The translations under genes and the position numbers were made by a program. 31,764 bases of DNA, taken from positions 1 through 31,764 of the forward strand of contig JAHILQ010000287.1 in assembly GCA_018896985.1 (NCBI GenBank), in the 5' to 3' direction. Every line of letters begins with the position of its first letter. Position 1 is the stretch's first letter. The DNA is from Nitrospinota bacterium. GTDB taxonomy: Bacteria; Nitrospirota; Thermodesulfovibrionia; Thermodesulfovibrionales; UBA1546. The notes below the pieces were generated by a model, which worked only from the letters and a program-made list of their open reading frames with translations, had not been told where the DNA came from and searched no databases. Shown piece after piece: positions 9,718-19,012 of this stretch.

Positions 9718-9746
9718 ATTATCACATAAGGCAGTAAAGCAGTCAA
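9718..9746 (-). promoter_or_regulatory. Sigma70-type promoter of the mntA-hepT pair (likely leaderless)
   Basis: TTGACT-17 nt-GATAAT with TG extension; only 5 nt separate the -10 box from the ATG at 9712, and there is no SD. Confidence 0.65.
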
Positions 9747-9768
9747 TGAAAATGAATTGAAATTGCCA

Positions 9769-10854
9769 TCACACATTAAACCTGAAATTGATTATATCCC
9801 CGTCTTTTACTTCGTAAGTTTTACCTTCAAGCCTCAGAAGCCCTTTTTCACGCGCGGCAGACATGCTGCCGTGTGATATGAAATCATCAAATGATACAAC
9901 CTCTGCCCTTATGAATCCGCGCTCAATGTCAGAATGAATTTTTCCTGCCGCCTTCTGCGCATCTGTGCCTTTCTTTATTGTCCATGCCCTGACCTCATCC
10001 TCTACAACTGTAAGAAATGAGATAAGACCAAGGAGGTCGTACGAGACATGGATTAATCTGTTTAATGCAGGCTCATGGATACCGAGGTCATTAAGAAATG
10101 CCTCTGCCTCTTCCGGAGACAACTGCGCAATCTCCATCTCAATCTTACCGCAGAGGGTTAATACTTTTACCTGTTTGCCTTTGAAGAATTTCTGAAGTTC
10201 GGAAGTTGTTCCAGCAGTCTCTTCAGAATTCAAATCTTTTTCCGAAACATTTAAAACAATAACCACAGGCTTTATTGACATGAACTGGAGGTTTCTTATG
10301 GTCTTTTGCTCTTCCTCTGAAAAGCCCATGTCTCTGAGAGCGGTCTCCTTTTCCAGCGCCTCTTTGCATTTAACAAGAACTTTCTTTTCTGTCTCATCAG
10401 GCTTCTTGCCTCTCTTTTTCCCCTGCTCCATCCTCTCAAGCCTTTTTTCAACAAGTTCAATATCTCCGAAAATCATCTCAAGCTCTACAGTCTCAGCATC
10501 ACGGACAGGGTTTACATTTGCCATCGGATGAACTATTGATTCATCCTCAAAACCTCTGACAACATGGACTACAGCATCAACGTCCTTTATGAGGTCAGAT
10601 ACTTTTCTGTTCTGCTCAATATCGCCTTTTGTAATGCCTATATAATCAATGTATTCTACTGTGGCGTATGTTGTTTTCTTCGGTTTATAAATCGCTGCCA
10701 GTTTTTCAATCCTTGAATCAGGGACCTTTACAACACCGGGATGAGGCTCTGCCGTGAGAGTTGGATATATTGTCGTCTCAAGGTTTAAGCCTGTCAGGGC
10801 ATTAAAGATTGTTGTCTTTCCTGAATTCGCAAGTCCGGTAATGGCTATTTTCAT
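9769..10854 (-). CDS. ychF: Redox-regulated ATPase YchF (Obg family)
   Basis: GLANSGKTTIFNALT, PHPGVVKVPDSR, EVRAWTIKKG, AAGKIHSDIERGFIRAEV, EGKTYEVKDGDIINFRFNV. Confidence 0.97.
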   Translation of the reverse strand: MKIAITGLANSGKTTIFNALTGLNLETTIYPTLTAEPHPGVVKVPDSRIEKLAAIYKPKKTTYATVEYIDYIGITKGDIEQNRKVSDLIKDVDAVVHVVRGFEDESIVHPMANVNPVRDAETVELEMIFGDIELVEKRLERMEQGKKRGKKPDETEKKVLVKCKEALEKETALRDMGFSEEEQKTIRNLQFMSIKPVVIVLNVSEKDLNSEETAGTTSELQKFFKGKQVKVLTLCGKIEMEIAQLSPEEAEAFLNDLGIHEPALNRLIHVSYDLLGLISFLTVVEDEVRAWTIKKGTDAQKAAGKIHSDIERGFIRAEVVSFDDFISHGSMSAAREKGLLRLEGKTYEVKDGDIINFRFNV

Positions 10855-10858
10855 TATT

Positions 10859-11911
10859 TCAGAACAGCCCCTTAGGTATATTTATCCCGAGATGCTGATA
10901 TGCATGCTTTGTGGCAAATCTGCCTCTCGGAGTTCTTTCAAGAAAACCTTCCTGAAGGAGATAAGGCTCATAGACATCTTCTATTGTCTCTTTGTCCTCT
11001 CTCAATGCTGCCGAAAGAGTATCTACGCCAACCGGCCCGCCGCTGAATTTCTCTATAATTATAGAGAGGAGTTTCCTGTCTATGTCATCAAGGCCCTTTT
11101 CATCAACATCAAGGGCAAGAAGAGAGTCTTTTGTTATCTTCATATCAATTGCACCGTCTCCTTTCACCTGCGCAAAATCCCTTATCCTTCTGAGAAGCCT
11201 GTTTGCAATCCTCGGCGTGCCTCTTGAGCGCAGTGCAATCTCAAGCGCGGCATCATCCTTAATCTCTATGCCGATAATCCCTGAAGACCTCAGCACGATT
11301 TTTTTAAGTTCAGAGTGCCCATAAAATTCAAGCCTGTTTATTACTCCGAATCTGTCTCGTAAGGGAGATGTGAGAAGCCCAGTCCTTGTTGTTGCGCCTA
11401 TCAAAGTAAATTTGGGCAGGCTTAATTTCAGTGTCCTTGCATTAGGCCCCTGCCCGATGATTATATCAAGCTGGTAATCCTCCATTGCTGGATAAAGAAC
11501 CTCTTCCACTATCCTCGGGAGGCGGTGTATCTCGTCTATGAAGAGGATGTCAAAGTCTGAAAGGTTTGTAAGTATTGCAGCGAGGTCTCCCTGCCTTTCA
11601 AGCACAGGTCCTGATGTTGACCTGATGTTTACCTTAAGCTCATTTGCGATTATCGTTGCAAGGGTCGTCTTTCCAAGCCCCGGAGGCCCGCAGAAAAGGA
11701 CATGGTCTAAAGGCTCATTCCTCTGCCTTGCAGCAGTGATGAATACTCCGAGATTTTCCTTTATCTTTTCCTGTCCTACAAAATCGCTGAATGCCTTTGG
11801 CCGCAGATTGAGTTCATAGGTTAAGTCTTCCTCTTTAATGACTCCGAGCTGTTCGGAGTCAGGCTGGTCGCCTCGGGCGACTCGCTGAGGTGAGTCATCT
11901 TTACGTATCAT
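10859..11911 (-). CDS. ruvB: Holliday junction branch migration helicase RuvB (with N-terminal insertion)
   Basis: [49 protein letters not shown]. Confidence 0.98.
   Translation of the reverse strand: MIRKDDSPQRVARGDQPDSEQLGVIKEEDLTYELNLRPKAFSDFVGQEKIKENLGVFITAARQRNEPLDHVLFCGPPGLGKTTLATIIANELKVNIRSTSGPVLERQGDLAAILTNLSDFDILFIDEIHRLPRIVEEVLYPAMEDYQLDIIIGQGPNARTLKLSLPKFTLIGATTRTGLLTSPLRDRFGVINRLEFYGHSELKKIVLRSSGIIGIEIKDDAALEIALRSRGTPRIANRLLRRIRDFAQVKGDGAIDMKITKDSLLALDVDEKGLDDIDRKLLSIIIEKFSGGPVGVDTLSAALREDKETIEDVYEPYLLQEGFLERTPRGRFATKHAYQHLGINIPKGLF
11832..11903. mobile_element. 60-bp palindromic element (11838-11897) flanked by a 6-bp direct repeat TCTTTA, in frame in ruvB
   Basis: Hairpins TGACTCCGA/TCGGAGTCA (11839-11861), GTCGCC/GGCGAC (11867-11881) and GACTC/GAGTC (11879-11896); TGACTC/GAGTCA termini; TCTTTA at 11832-11837 and 11898-11903. 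Confidence 0.7.
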
Positions 11912-11946
11912 AAAATTAATCCCATGTTCTTAATTTTAATTCTCCT

Positions 11947-12525
11947 CTATGTCTGCTCACTCCCTGTAAGATATTTTAAAGATTCTTTTAGTAAAGTTTC
12001 TATATCCTTATATCCTTTTTTGTAAGCTATCTCAAGCGACTCTATCGCCTCTGATTTTTTATACCCGAGATTAACAAGCGCTGAAAGCGTGTCTTCAAAA
12101 AGCCTGTCTCTGGATTTCTCTGCCCGGGGGAGCTTTTCCCTCAGTTCAAGTATTAACCTGTGCGCTGTTTTCTTGCCAAGCCCGGGTATCCGGCATAAGA
12201 GCGCAACATCCTCTTTTTCCATTGCATGCATAAAATCATCATGTGATATTCCTGAGAGTATGTTTAACGCCATCTTCGGGCCTATGCCTGTTACGCCGAG
12301 AAGGGTGGTGAATATCCTTTTTTCATCCTCGGTTGCAAATCCGTATAACTGGAGCGCGTCTTCACGGACATGAGTATAGATATTCAGAAAAACTGTGCTA
12401 CCTTCTGCCGGAAGATTCGAGAGTATGCTTAAAGGGACATTTACCTGATACCCCACACCGCCGGCTTCCACGATGACATTATCGGGCCTTCTTGAAATGA
12501 GCTTTCCTCTTAATGAACCAATCAT
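11947..12525 (-). CDS. ruvA: Holliday junction DNA-binding protein RuvA
   Basis: MIGSLRG, GGVGYQV, HVREDALQLYGF, GIGPKMALNILS, PGLGKKTAHRLILEL, ALVNLGY. Confidence 0.98.
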   Translation of the reverse strand: MIGSLRGKLISRRPDNVIVEAGGVGYQVNVPLSILSNLPAEGSTVFLNIYTHVREDALQLYGFATEDEKRIFTTLLGVTGIGPKMALNILSGISHDDFMHAMEKEDVALLCRIPGLGKKTAHRLILELREKLPRAEKSRDRLFEDTLSALVNLGYKKSEAIESLEIAYKKGYKDIETLLKESLKYLTGSEQT

Positions 12526-12579
12526 GGTTTTAATTTTAACCTAAATTAGATTTTTATTTATTCTGCTATTTAGACAGTA

Positions 12580-13801
12580 TCATTTTACATCTCTTATGAT
12601 TTTCATTTCCACAAGTCTCTGCCTTTCATGCTCTATTTCTGCTTTTAAGAGTTTAGGGTTAGGCAGTTGTAATTTATACTTTGAGGCAAATATCATGTTG
12701 TTCATTCCGCCCAAAGCATACTCAACTACAGTTTTCTTTTTGCCTGTGCAGAGGATTAAACCCACAGGGTCGTTTTCTTCAGGAAGTTTTTCCTTGTCTT
12801 TAATATAATTGACATAAAGGTTCATCTGCCCTGCGTCAGCATGTGTAAATTCACCAATCTTCAAATCTATAGCAACAAGACATCTCAAAACTCTGTGATA
12901 AAGAAGAAGATCAAGGCGGTAATGACTTCCTTCAAGGGTTATTCTTTTTTGACGGGCAACAAAGGTGAAACCATTTCCTAATTCAAGAAGGAAATGCTCA
13001 AGGTGTCTGATTAAAGCATCTTCCAGTTGGGATTCAGAATATTCATCCTTCAATCCAAGGAATTCAAGAATATAAGGGTCTTTTATCTCATCTTCGGGTT
13101 TAAGGGTAATGGGTTTTTCATGGGCTTTGGCAATAACAGCCAATTTGCGTTTAGACAGGGCAGTTCTTTCATAAAGCATTGACTGAATCTGTCTGTCAAG
13201 CTGTCTTACTGACCAGTTGCCGCGGAACACTCTCTCCCTCATAGAATTCACGCTTAAAAGGTTCATCAAGACGCATAAGGAGGCAGTAATGTGACCACGA
13301 GAGGGGGAATTGTGCGCACAGCGTGTGCGAAATTTCAGATTGGCTATACAGTGTAGAGCCTTTCTTAGATTTTCCAGACACTGTCTGGGATTTTGGCGGC
13401 ATAAAAGATTCTTCAGACGGTGTATGAAGTATTGCTGATAATTCAGCAGACGGCGTCTGTCTTTTTTTTGTTTTTGAAGATTCTTCAGACATTGTCTGAA
13501 GAATCTTTTCCGATGGATAACCAAGATAAAACTGGCGCATTAAATTCAAATTTATATAGCCAAAGCCTTTACCAAATCTTTTAGTCAAATCTGAAGACAA
13601 TCTTCTTATAAGTTCTTTTCCATATTCTGCCCGTTCTTTCCCTTTTTGCTCATATTCAACAATCCTCCTGCCGATGAGCCAGTAGGTACCCACAAGCGCT
13701 GTATTCACATACCGCACCGCTGTCCTGCGTCCCTGATTGATGAGGGAGGCAACGTCAGTGATGAGAGAGGAGTATTTATTGCTCTTTGTAGGCTTTTTCA
13801 T
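12580..13801 (-). pseudogene. yhcG: DUF1016/YhcG-family PD-(D/E)xK nuclease split by a +1 frameshift near 13224
   Basis: N-half (13196..13801): YWLIGRRIVEYEQKG..RAEYG, LSWSHY. C-half (12580..13524): WSVRQLDRQI, IKDPYILEFL, FLLELGNGFTFVARQKR, DLKIG, GQMNLY. Removing one C from GTTCCGC joins them as YEGESVRGNWSVRQ. Confidence 0.85.
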
Positions 13802-13929
13802 TCGCTGCTCTTTTCAATCATTTCTTTACCCTTCCAACCTTGCCTGAAGTTCGGATTTAAATTCCCCGTGATTCTTTTCCCTCAATGCCTTGAAGAATAA
13901 ATCATACCTCATTGAGGAAAAATTATTTA

Positions 13930-14649
13930 CTACTTCCCGCCAAAAATTTTCTTGATCAATGGCTTTTTCAGTTCGCTCATGATTTCTTCCATTTTTGTTT
14001 TTATTTCGGCATTCTGAGAAGTTAGCGATTCAATTAGTTTTCTATGTTCCTCATGTGTGTTCTTTAGCCCTTCAATTTCTTTTACCTGAGCATTAAGATT
14101 GTCTTTCGTTGTCTCAATAAGTTTGTGATAGCTGTCTATCTGTTGATTGAGATTTGAGATAAGAGCATTCTGTTTGTATAAAAAGTCTGCAATTCCTTTT
14201 TCAGCTTTTTGCATGCTGCTATCTACATGGTCTTTAATTTGAGATTTAAACGACTCTAACTCATTTAATTTTGATTCTACAAACTGTAGTAATTCTTGTT
14301 TTGTATCAGATAAAAATTTATCAATTTCTTGTTTTCTTAGTTTGACAAAGAAATTTAAGGAATTTGCCTCGTTTGAATATTCCTCAATAAAATTTTTTAC
14401 TTCTTTTTCCGCTTTTATTTTAGAAGATTTTATTTCTTGGGTGACATTTTCTCCTTCAGCTAGTAACTCTTTTAATCTATCTTCAATGGCAGATATTTGT
14501 CCTTTCTTGTTTTGCATATCTGAGAACATTTTCTGAGCATCATCTTTAATCCTTTTTAATGCCTCTAAAGTTGCAATGGATTGCTGGATAAAATTATCAA
14601 AATCTTTGAGTTTTTGCCTGATTTTTTCGGAATCAATAATCTCAGCCAT
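13930..14649 (-). CDS. Soluble coiled-coil protein with basic amphipathic C-terminus
   Basis: 239 aa, heptad-rich with no TM; start overlaps the helicase stop; GAGGGGG upstream; ends KKPLIKKIFGGK. Confidence 0.75.
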   Translation of the reverse strand: MAEIIDSEKIRQKLKDFDNFIQQSIATLEALKRIKDDAQKMFSDMQNKKGQISAIEDRLKELLAEGENVTQEIKSSKIKAEKEVKNFIEEYSNEANSLNFFVKLRKQEIDKFLSDTKQELLQFVESKLNELESFKSQIKDHVDSSMQKAEKGIADFLYKQNALISNLNQQIDSYHKLIETTKDNLNAQVKEIEGLKNTHEEHRKLIESLTSQNAEIKTKMEEIMSELKKPLIKKIFGGK

Positions 14650-17600
14650 AATATGCCCCCTCTATTTGTTGCTTAAGTTCTCCAAATCTCTTTGAATAAG
14701 TAGCTTCAAGTTCATTACATAGAAAGAAAAATCCGAAGCGCTCCTTCATGTCATTCAACTTTTCATCATGGCCAGTTTTCAACAGCTCTCCAGCTTTCCC
14801 ATAAAGCCATTTCATTCCATCATCGTTGTTAAACCTGCCATACTCGTCATCCAAAATAAAAAGCAACTCTCTCTTGAACTCAGCTTCTGAAGACCTGTAG
14901 AGTTCAATTACTATATCCATATGCAAGAATTCATTGGCAGTTCGAATAAGGCGTTTTGTGTTTGCTTCCTTTTCATTCTCTGGTGAAAATTCCCTACAAA
15001 AGTACAATGCCACTAAATTATTTGGAGAGCCTTCGAGGACACCTCTTGATCGATAATAAATTCCTTTTGGATAATTACGGAAAGCATCTCTCAACCTTAC
15101 TAATCTGTAATAGTCAAAATGTCCTGATAATAAGACATCGTTCAACTCTTTTTGCAATTCTATGGCTTCTGCAGTTCCTTTTGGAGGTACCCTTGTATCC
15201 CTCTTAAAATGCAAATCTCCAACACAAACATCACAGAGTTCACATTTATAGTCTTCTTCAAAAGATTTTGGATTTGTATTGAAAAATCGTAATATTACCG
15301 GTCTTCTGCATTCTCTGTCTTTATTCCATATAACATAATGTAGGTTCCATAACATGTCATATCGCATTCTAACGACTTCTTTATAAATGTGGTTAAGAAT
15401 AACCAATAGATAATCAATTATTTTGTGGTAGAACCATTTGTATTCATCATAATGCTGAAGATTTCTCCGATCTATTCTTTTAATAATGTCAGCGTCATAT
15501 TGCTCTTTGCATTTATTAATTCTGCTTGAAATTGTCTCTGGATTTTCAATTTCTGAAACTTCATAGAGACTATTTCTTTTTAAATATTCTATCAATCTAT
15601 CTGTCATGCCCTCTGTATTTAGCTTTAACCTAATTTTATTTTCGGGAGTTGTTTCAGTATAGGGAGTTACTTCAAAAGAAGGTAATCGATGTTTATAAAA
15701 AACAGAAAACTCTTGCACTATACCTAATATTTTCAGCCTGAACAAAGCGAGTTCATCACTCTTAAGTCTTGAATTGGATGATTTAAAAATAATCGTACCA
15801 CCAAAACCTTCAAGAAACGAGCTGATTAATTTATCCAATGTAGTAATTATGCTGGCAACATCTGCCTCAACGCTTGGATAGCTTCTTTTTATGAATACAT
15901 GCTGCTTCCCGTAATCACATAAACTTCCCCTCCCATGAGAACAGTTCCCTCTATTATTACACATGGGAGTTTTAGCCTCATCAATTTTTTCCAGTCTATG
16001 AATGCAATCATCACTCGGTATTTCCGCTAATATCACGCAATGAGCTCTTTCGTTATCCCTACCTGCACGCCCTGCCTCTTGATACCAAGATTCAATTCCT
16101 GAGGCAAAAGATGTATGCAAAATAAACCGTACACTCCCTTTATCTATCCCCATTCCAAAACCTTTTGTAGCAACTAAGATATCAAATTTGCCACTTTTGA
16201 ACTCGTTTTGATTCCTAAAAGTAGCTTTTTGATATTTTGTTGGTCTGTTAGCATCCTGAGTATTTGTCTGGACAAATATGTGATCACAATAGAGACACCT
16301 TTTTCTTCCTCTTGGAATTTCATCTAAGTCGGAATCTTCCCCGATTTCAGAATAATCGTCTTCTTCTACACTTCGGTCACTAATGTATTGATAGCAATTG
16401 CAGTTAGGGCACAGAGTTGGTGATTTTGAGGAAAACGCCCTGACTCTACCGTTTCCGTAATCAGTCAGTTCGTAGTCGTTTTCTCTTTCAAAAAATATTT
16501 CGGGTTCAATAATTTTCTTTGTTTCATACAGATAATGGGAGATACCATCATAGATTGAATATCTGCCATGAGGGTCAGCGTAAATAGAATAAATTATGCC
16601 TACATTCTTTTCATCCCGCATATTAGAAGTGGTAACAACATCGTAAATATCTTTTTTCTTTAAGGATTTTGGGATTGATTTGGTCAAGATTTGTTTGAAC
16701 TTCTCCTGTTTTTCCTTGTGGTCTTTAACGGTTACAATCTGGTAGCTGAAACTTATCCTGTCAAAATCTGTTTCAGAGATTACATTTTCATCTTTAAGAT
16801 TGAGAATATTTACAATATCTCTTCTGACCATTCCGCCTGCAGTTGCCGTAAGCGATATTATTTGCAAATCATCATTCTTTGCCTTTAAGGCTTGAAAAAA
16901 GAATGGAATATTTAAATATGAGGGTCTGAAGTCATGTCCCCATTCTGATATGCAGTGTGCTTCATCAATTATCAAATAGTTGATTTTTCTGAATTCCTGT
17001 ATTTTAATTAAATGTTCCAGAAATTTTTTGATACGAATCCTCTCTGGTGCAACATAAAGCAGTTTAATCTTTCCTAATAAAACATCTGTTACTATTTGCT
17101 CCTGTTCTTCTGGGCTTACATCACTGTTTATAAATTCCATTGAAGATATACCATAATTCTGAAGGGTTGACTTCTGGTCACGCATTAAAGAACGCAAAGG
17201 ACATATCACGATTGAAAGTCCCGGCTTTAATAATGCAGGAAGCCAAAAGCAAAAAGATTTTCCGCTACCTGTTGGAGATATTCCCAATACATCTTTTCCA
17301 CTAAAAATATGTTTAAACACTCTTTCTTGAAATGAATACGTCCCGTCTCTGTATCTGAATATCGAATTAGAATAATAGTTCAGATATTCTTTAATATCTT
17401 CTATCTGCAAATCGTTTCTGAAATTAAAGTCATCTTTTTCGTTTACTGATAATCTCGCCTGCAAATTTGGGTCACTGATTGCTTGTGAATTAATTTCAAT
17501 TTCAGATGCGAGTTCCATATTTGTTATAGAGATTTTGGGGTGCAACTGGTATTCATTATTCAAATCGTGATGAATGATTTTTATGTAGGGCAGATTGAGA

Positions 17601-18502
17601 TCTATATTGAACAATCTCTCAATATCACCAAGAAATCTATACAGGCTGCTTAATGAAAGAGAGGCTAAAGAGAAAGAATAAGAAAGATTGTCCTTTATGA
17701 TAAGTTCACTGTCAATATTTTTTTCAGAGAAAATGTCAGCGATAAAATCCTGAACGAGATAAAAGTTATTAACTAAATCTATTGGATCTAATGCCTCACT
17801 GGCGTCAAAGGATTTCTGCGTCTGTTCAAAAAGGGCAGATTGTTTGTCTTTTAAAAGGTATCTTTTTAGCTCAGCATCTTTTGAAAAAATATCAAATATT
17901 TGCTTCCTTGTTTTTTCAGTGTTATATTTGATGTGTGTATAGCTGAATCTGCAAACCTGCCAGTCTAAGTTAATTATCTCATTCTGACGGAATAAAAAAT
18001 CATCCAGATTGCCTCTGTTTTCAAATTTTCCGAATCCATCAATTTCAAAGACATATTTCTTTTCACCGACTATGGCAAAATCTGCAAAATATTGAGCTAT
18101 CTGTTTTTGGGGTTCAACCTTTAATAAACCGTGCGGGGATAATACAGGCGATAATACTCTCTTTACAAATTCAGCTTCTAAATAATTATTATCATCAATC
18201 GGCTGAAAGTGTGGGTAACATTTAAAATACTCCTGATATTTTCTTTTGTTTTCAGCATTGGAACTGGTTGAATTCAATATCCTTTTGCCGATTGAACGAT
18301 CGAGTGTGAACTTTTCTAAATCAATGTATTTCTCTAAAAGCTTCTTGTATTCTTCAGGCAAAAAAAGTAATTTCAAATCAATAAAACTGCGTGCTTCTTC
18401 ATCACTTGTAATTTTCGATTTTGATGGATTATCGTCAAACTTGTAGACGCCTCTTATCCTGGAAGGTAGGAAATACTTTATTAGACAAGTATTAATCTCC
18501 AT
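14642..18502 (-). CDS. RecQ-family SF2 helicase fused to an N-terminal DUF559/Vsr-like endonuclease domain
   Basis: Nuclease-like QKQIAQYFADFAI..FEIDG..RQNEI..WQVCRFSY. Helicase motifs SPTGSGKS, DEAHCISEWGHDFRPSY, LTATA, ATKGFGMGIDK, YQEAGRAGRD. RQC-type zinc CRR...CELCDVC. Confidence 0.85.
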   Translation of the reverse strand: MEINTCLIKYFLPSRIRGVYKFDDNPSKSKITSDEEARSFIDLKLLFLPEEYKKLLEKYIDLEKFTLDRSIGKRILNSTSSNAENKRKYQEYFKCYPHFQPIDDNNYLEAEFVKRVLSPVLSPHGLLKVEPQKQIAQYFADFAIVGEKKYVFEIDGFGKFENRGNLDDFLFRQNEIINLDWQVCRFSYTHIKYNTEKTRKQIFDIFSKDAELKRYLLKDKQSALFEQTQKSFDASEALDPIDLVNNFYLVQDFIADIFSEKNIDSELIIKDNLSYSFSLASLSLSSLYRFLGDIERLFNIDLNLPYIKIIHHDLNNEYQLHPKISITNMELASEIEINSQAISDPNLQARLSVNEKDDFNFRNDLQIEDIKEYLNYYSNSIFRYRDGTYSFQERVFKHIFSGKDVLGISPTGSGKSFCFWLPALLKPGLSIVICPLRSLMRDQKSTLQNYGISSMEFINSDVSPEEQEQIVTDVLLGKIKLLYVAPERIRIKKFLEHLIKIQEFRKINYLIIDEAHCISEWGHDFRPSYLNIPFFFQALKAKNDDLQIISLTATAGGMVRRDIVNILNLKDENVISETDFDRISFSYQIVTVKDHKEKQEKFKQILTKSIPKSLKKKDIYDVVTTSNMRDEKNVGIIYSIYADPHGRYSIYDGISHYLYETKKIIEPEIFFERENDYELTDYGNGRVRAFSSKSPTLCPNCNCYQYISDRSVEEDDYSEIGEDSDLDEIPRGRKRCLYCDHIFVQTNTQDANRPTKYQKATFRNQNEFKSGKFDILVATKGFGMGIDKGSVRFILHTSFASGIESWYQEAGRAGRDNERAHCVILAEIPSDDCIHRLEKIDEAKTPMCNNRGNCSHGRGSLCDYGKQHVFIKRSYPSVEADVASIITTLDKLISSFLEGFGGTIIFKSSNSRLKSDELALFRLKILGIVQEFSVFYKHRLPSFEVTPYTETTPENKIRLKLNTEGMTDRLIEYLKRNSLYEVSEIENPETISSRINKCKEQYDADIIKRIDRRNLQHYDEYKWFYHKIIDYLLVILNHIYKEVVRMRYDMLWNLHYVIWNKDRECRRPVILRFFNTNPKSFEEDYKCELCDVCVGDLHFKRDTRVPPKGTAEAIELQKELNDVLLSGHFDYYRLVRLRDAFRNYPKGIYYRSRGVLEGSPNNLVALYFCREFSPENEKEANTKRLIRTANEFLHMDIVIELYRSSEAEFKRELLFILDDEYGRFNNDDGMKWLYGKAGELLKTGHDEKLNDMKERFGFFFLCNELEATYSKRFGELKQQIEGAYYG

Positions 18503-19006
18503 TTACTTTTTAATAAATTCCAATCTCTGTTCATTAAAGAATTCAAAAAGGTTTATACATGGGATCTGATAATATCCCGCAATCATCGGAATTTTATTCG
18601 GATTGGTTTTGCTCTCTTGAGTTATGATTATAGCTCCCCTTGAATAAGCTAAAGCAATTAAAAAAGGATCAGCTTCCGGTTCATTGTTTGCCAACTTCTT
18701 TTGGTCAAGGAGTTCGGGATGTTCACGTATAATCTTTTGTCCAGCTTCCCAAATCTCACCATTCACAGGAACAATAAAATGTTTTTTACGTGCTTTTACC
18801 CATTTCTTCAAAAAATCATCCTTCCCCTGATATTTTTCTATTTCTTCTTCAACAAATTTTATGGTAAACATATTTCCTTCTTTAATAAGTTTTTCTATTT
18901 CTTCCCATATCGCTTTAAATGCAGGCTCTTTCTTAGGGTAAAATGTTTTTAAAATAATTAAGGCATCTGTATCAATACAAAATGATTTAATAAAAGGCAG
19001 TTTCAT
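18503..19006 (-). CDS. DUF4411-like PIN-domain protein (putative RNase toxin)
   Basis: CIDTDALI, EVxEE-like FVEEEI, ADPFLIALA, IITQES, KIPMIA..IPCINLFEFF pattern; follows an XRE-ImmA gene. Confidence 0.8.
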   Translation of the reverse strand: MKLPFIKSFCIDTDALIILKTFYPKKEPAFKAIWEEIEKLIKEGNMFTIKFVEEEIEKYQGKDDFLKKWVKARKKHFIVPVNGEIWEAGQKIIREHPELLDQKKLANNEPEADPFLIALAYSRGAIIITQESKTNPNKIPMIAGYYQIPCINLFEFFNEQRLEFIKK

Positions 19007-19012
19007 TATTTG

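Noticed and set aside
9750-9766. TGGCAAT just after the ychF stop as a sigma54 -24 box
   Set aside because: No TTGC-like -12 element at the right spacing, and a good sigma70 promoter explains the region.
13829-13915. 28-codon frame MRYDLFFKALREKNHGEFKSELQARLEG between the coiled-coil gene and DUF1016
   Set aside because: It looks protein-like and may be a relic C-terminus, but it has no SD and I cannot assign it; it is not RuvC-like.
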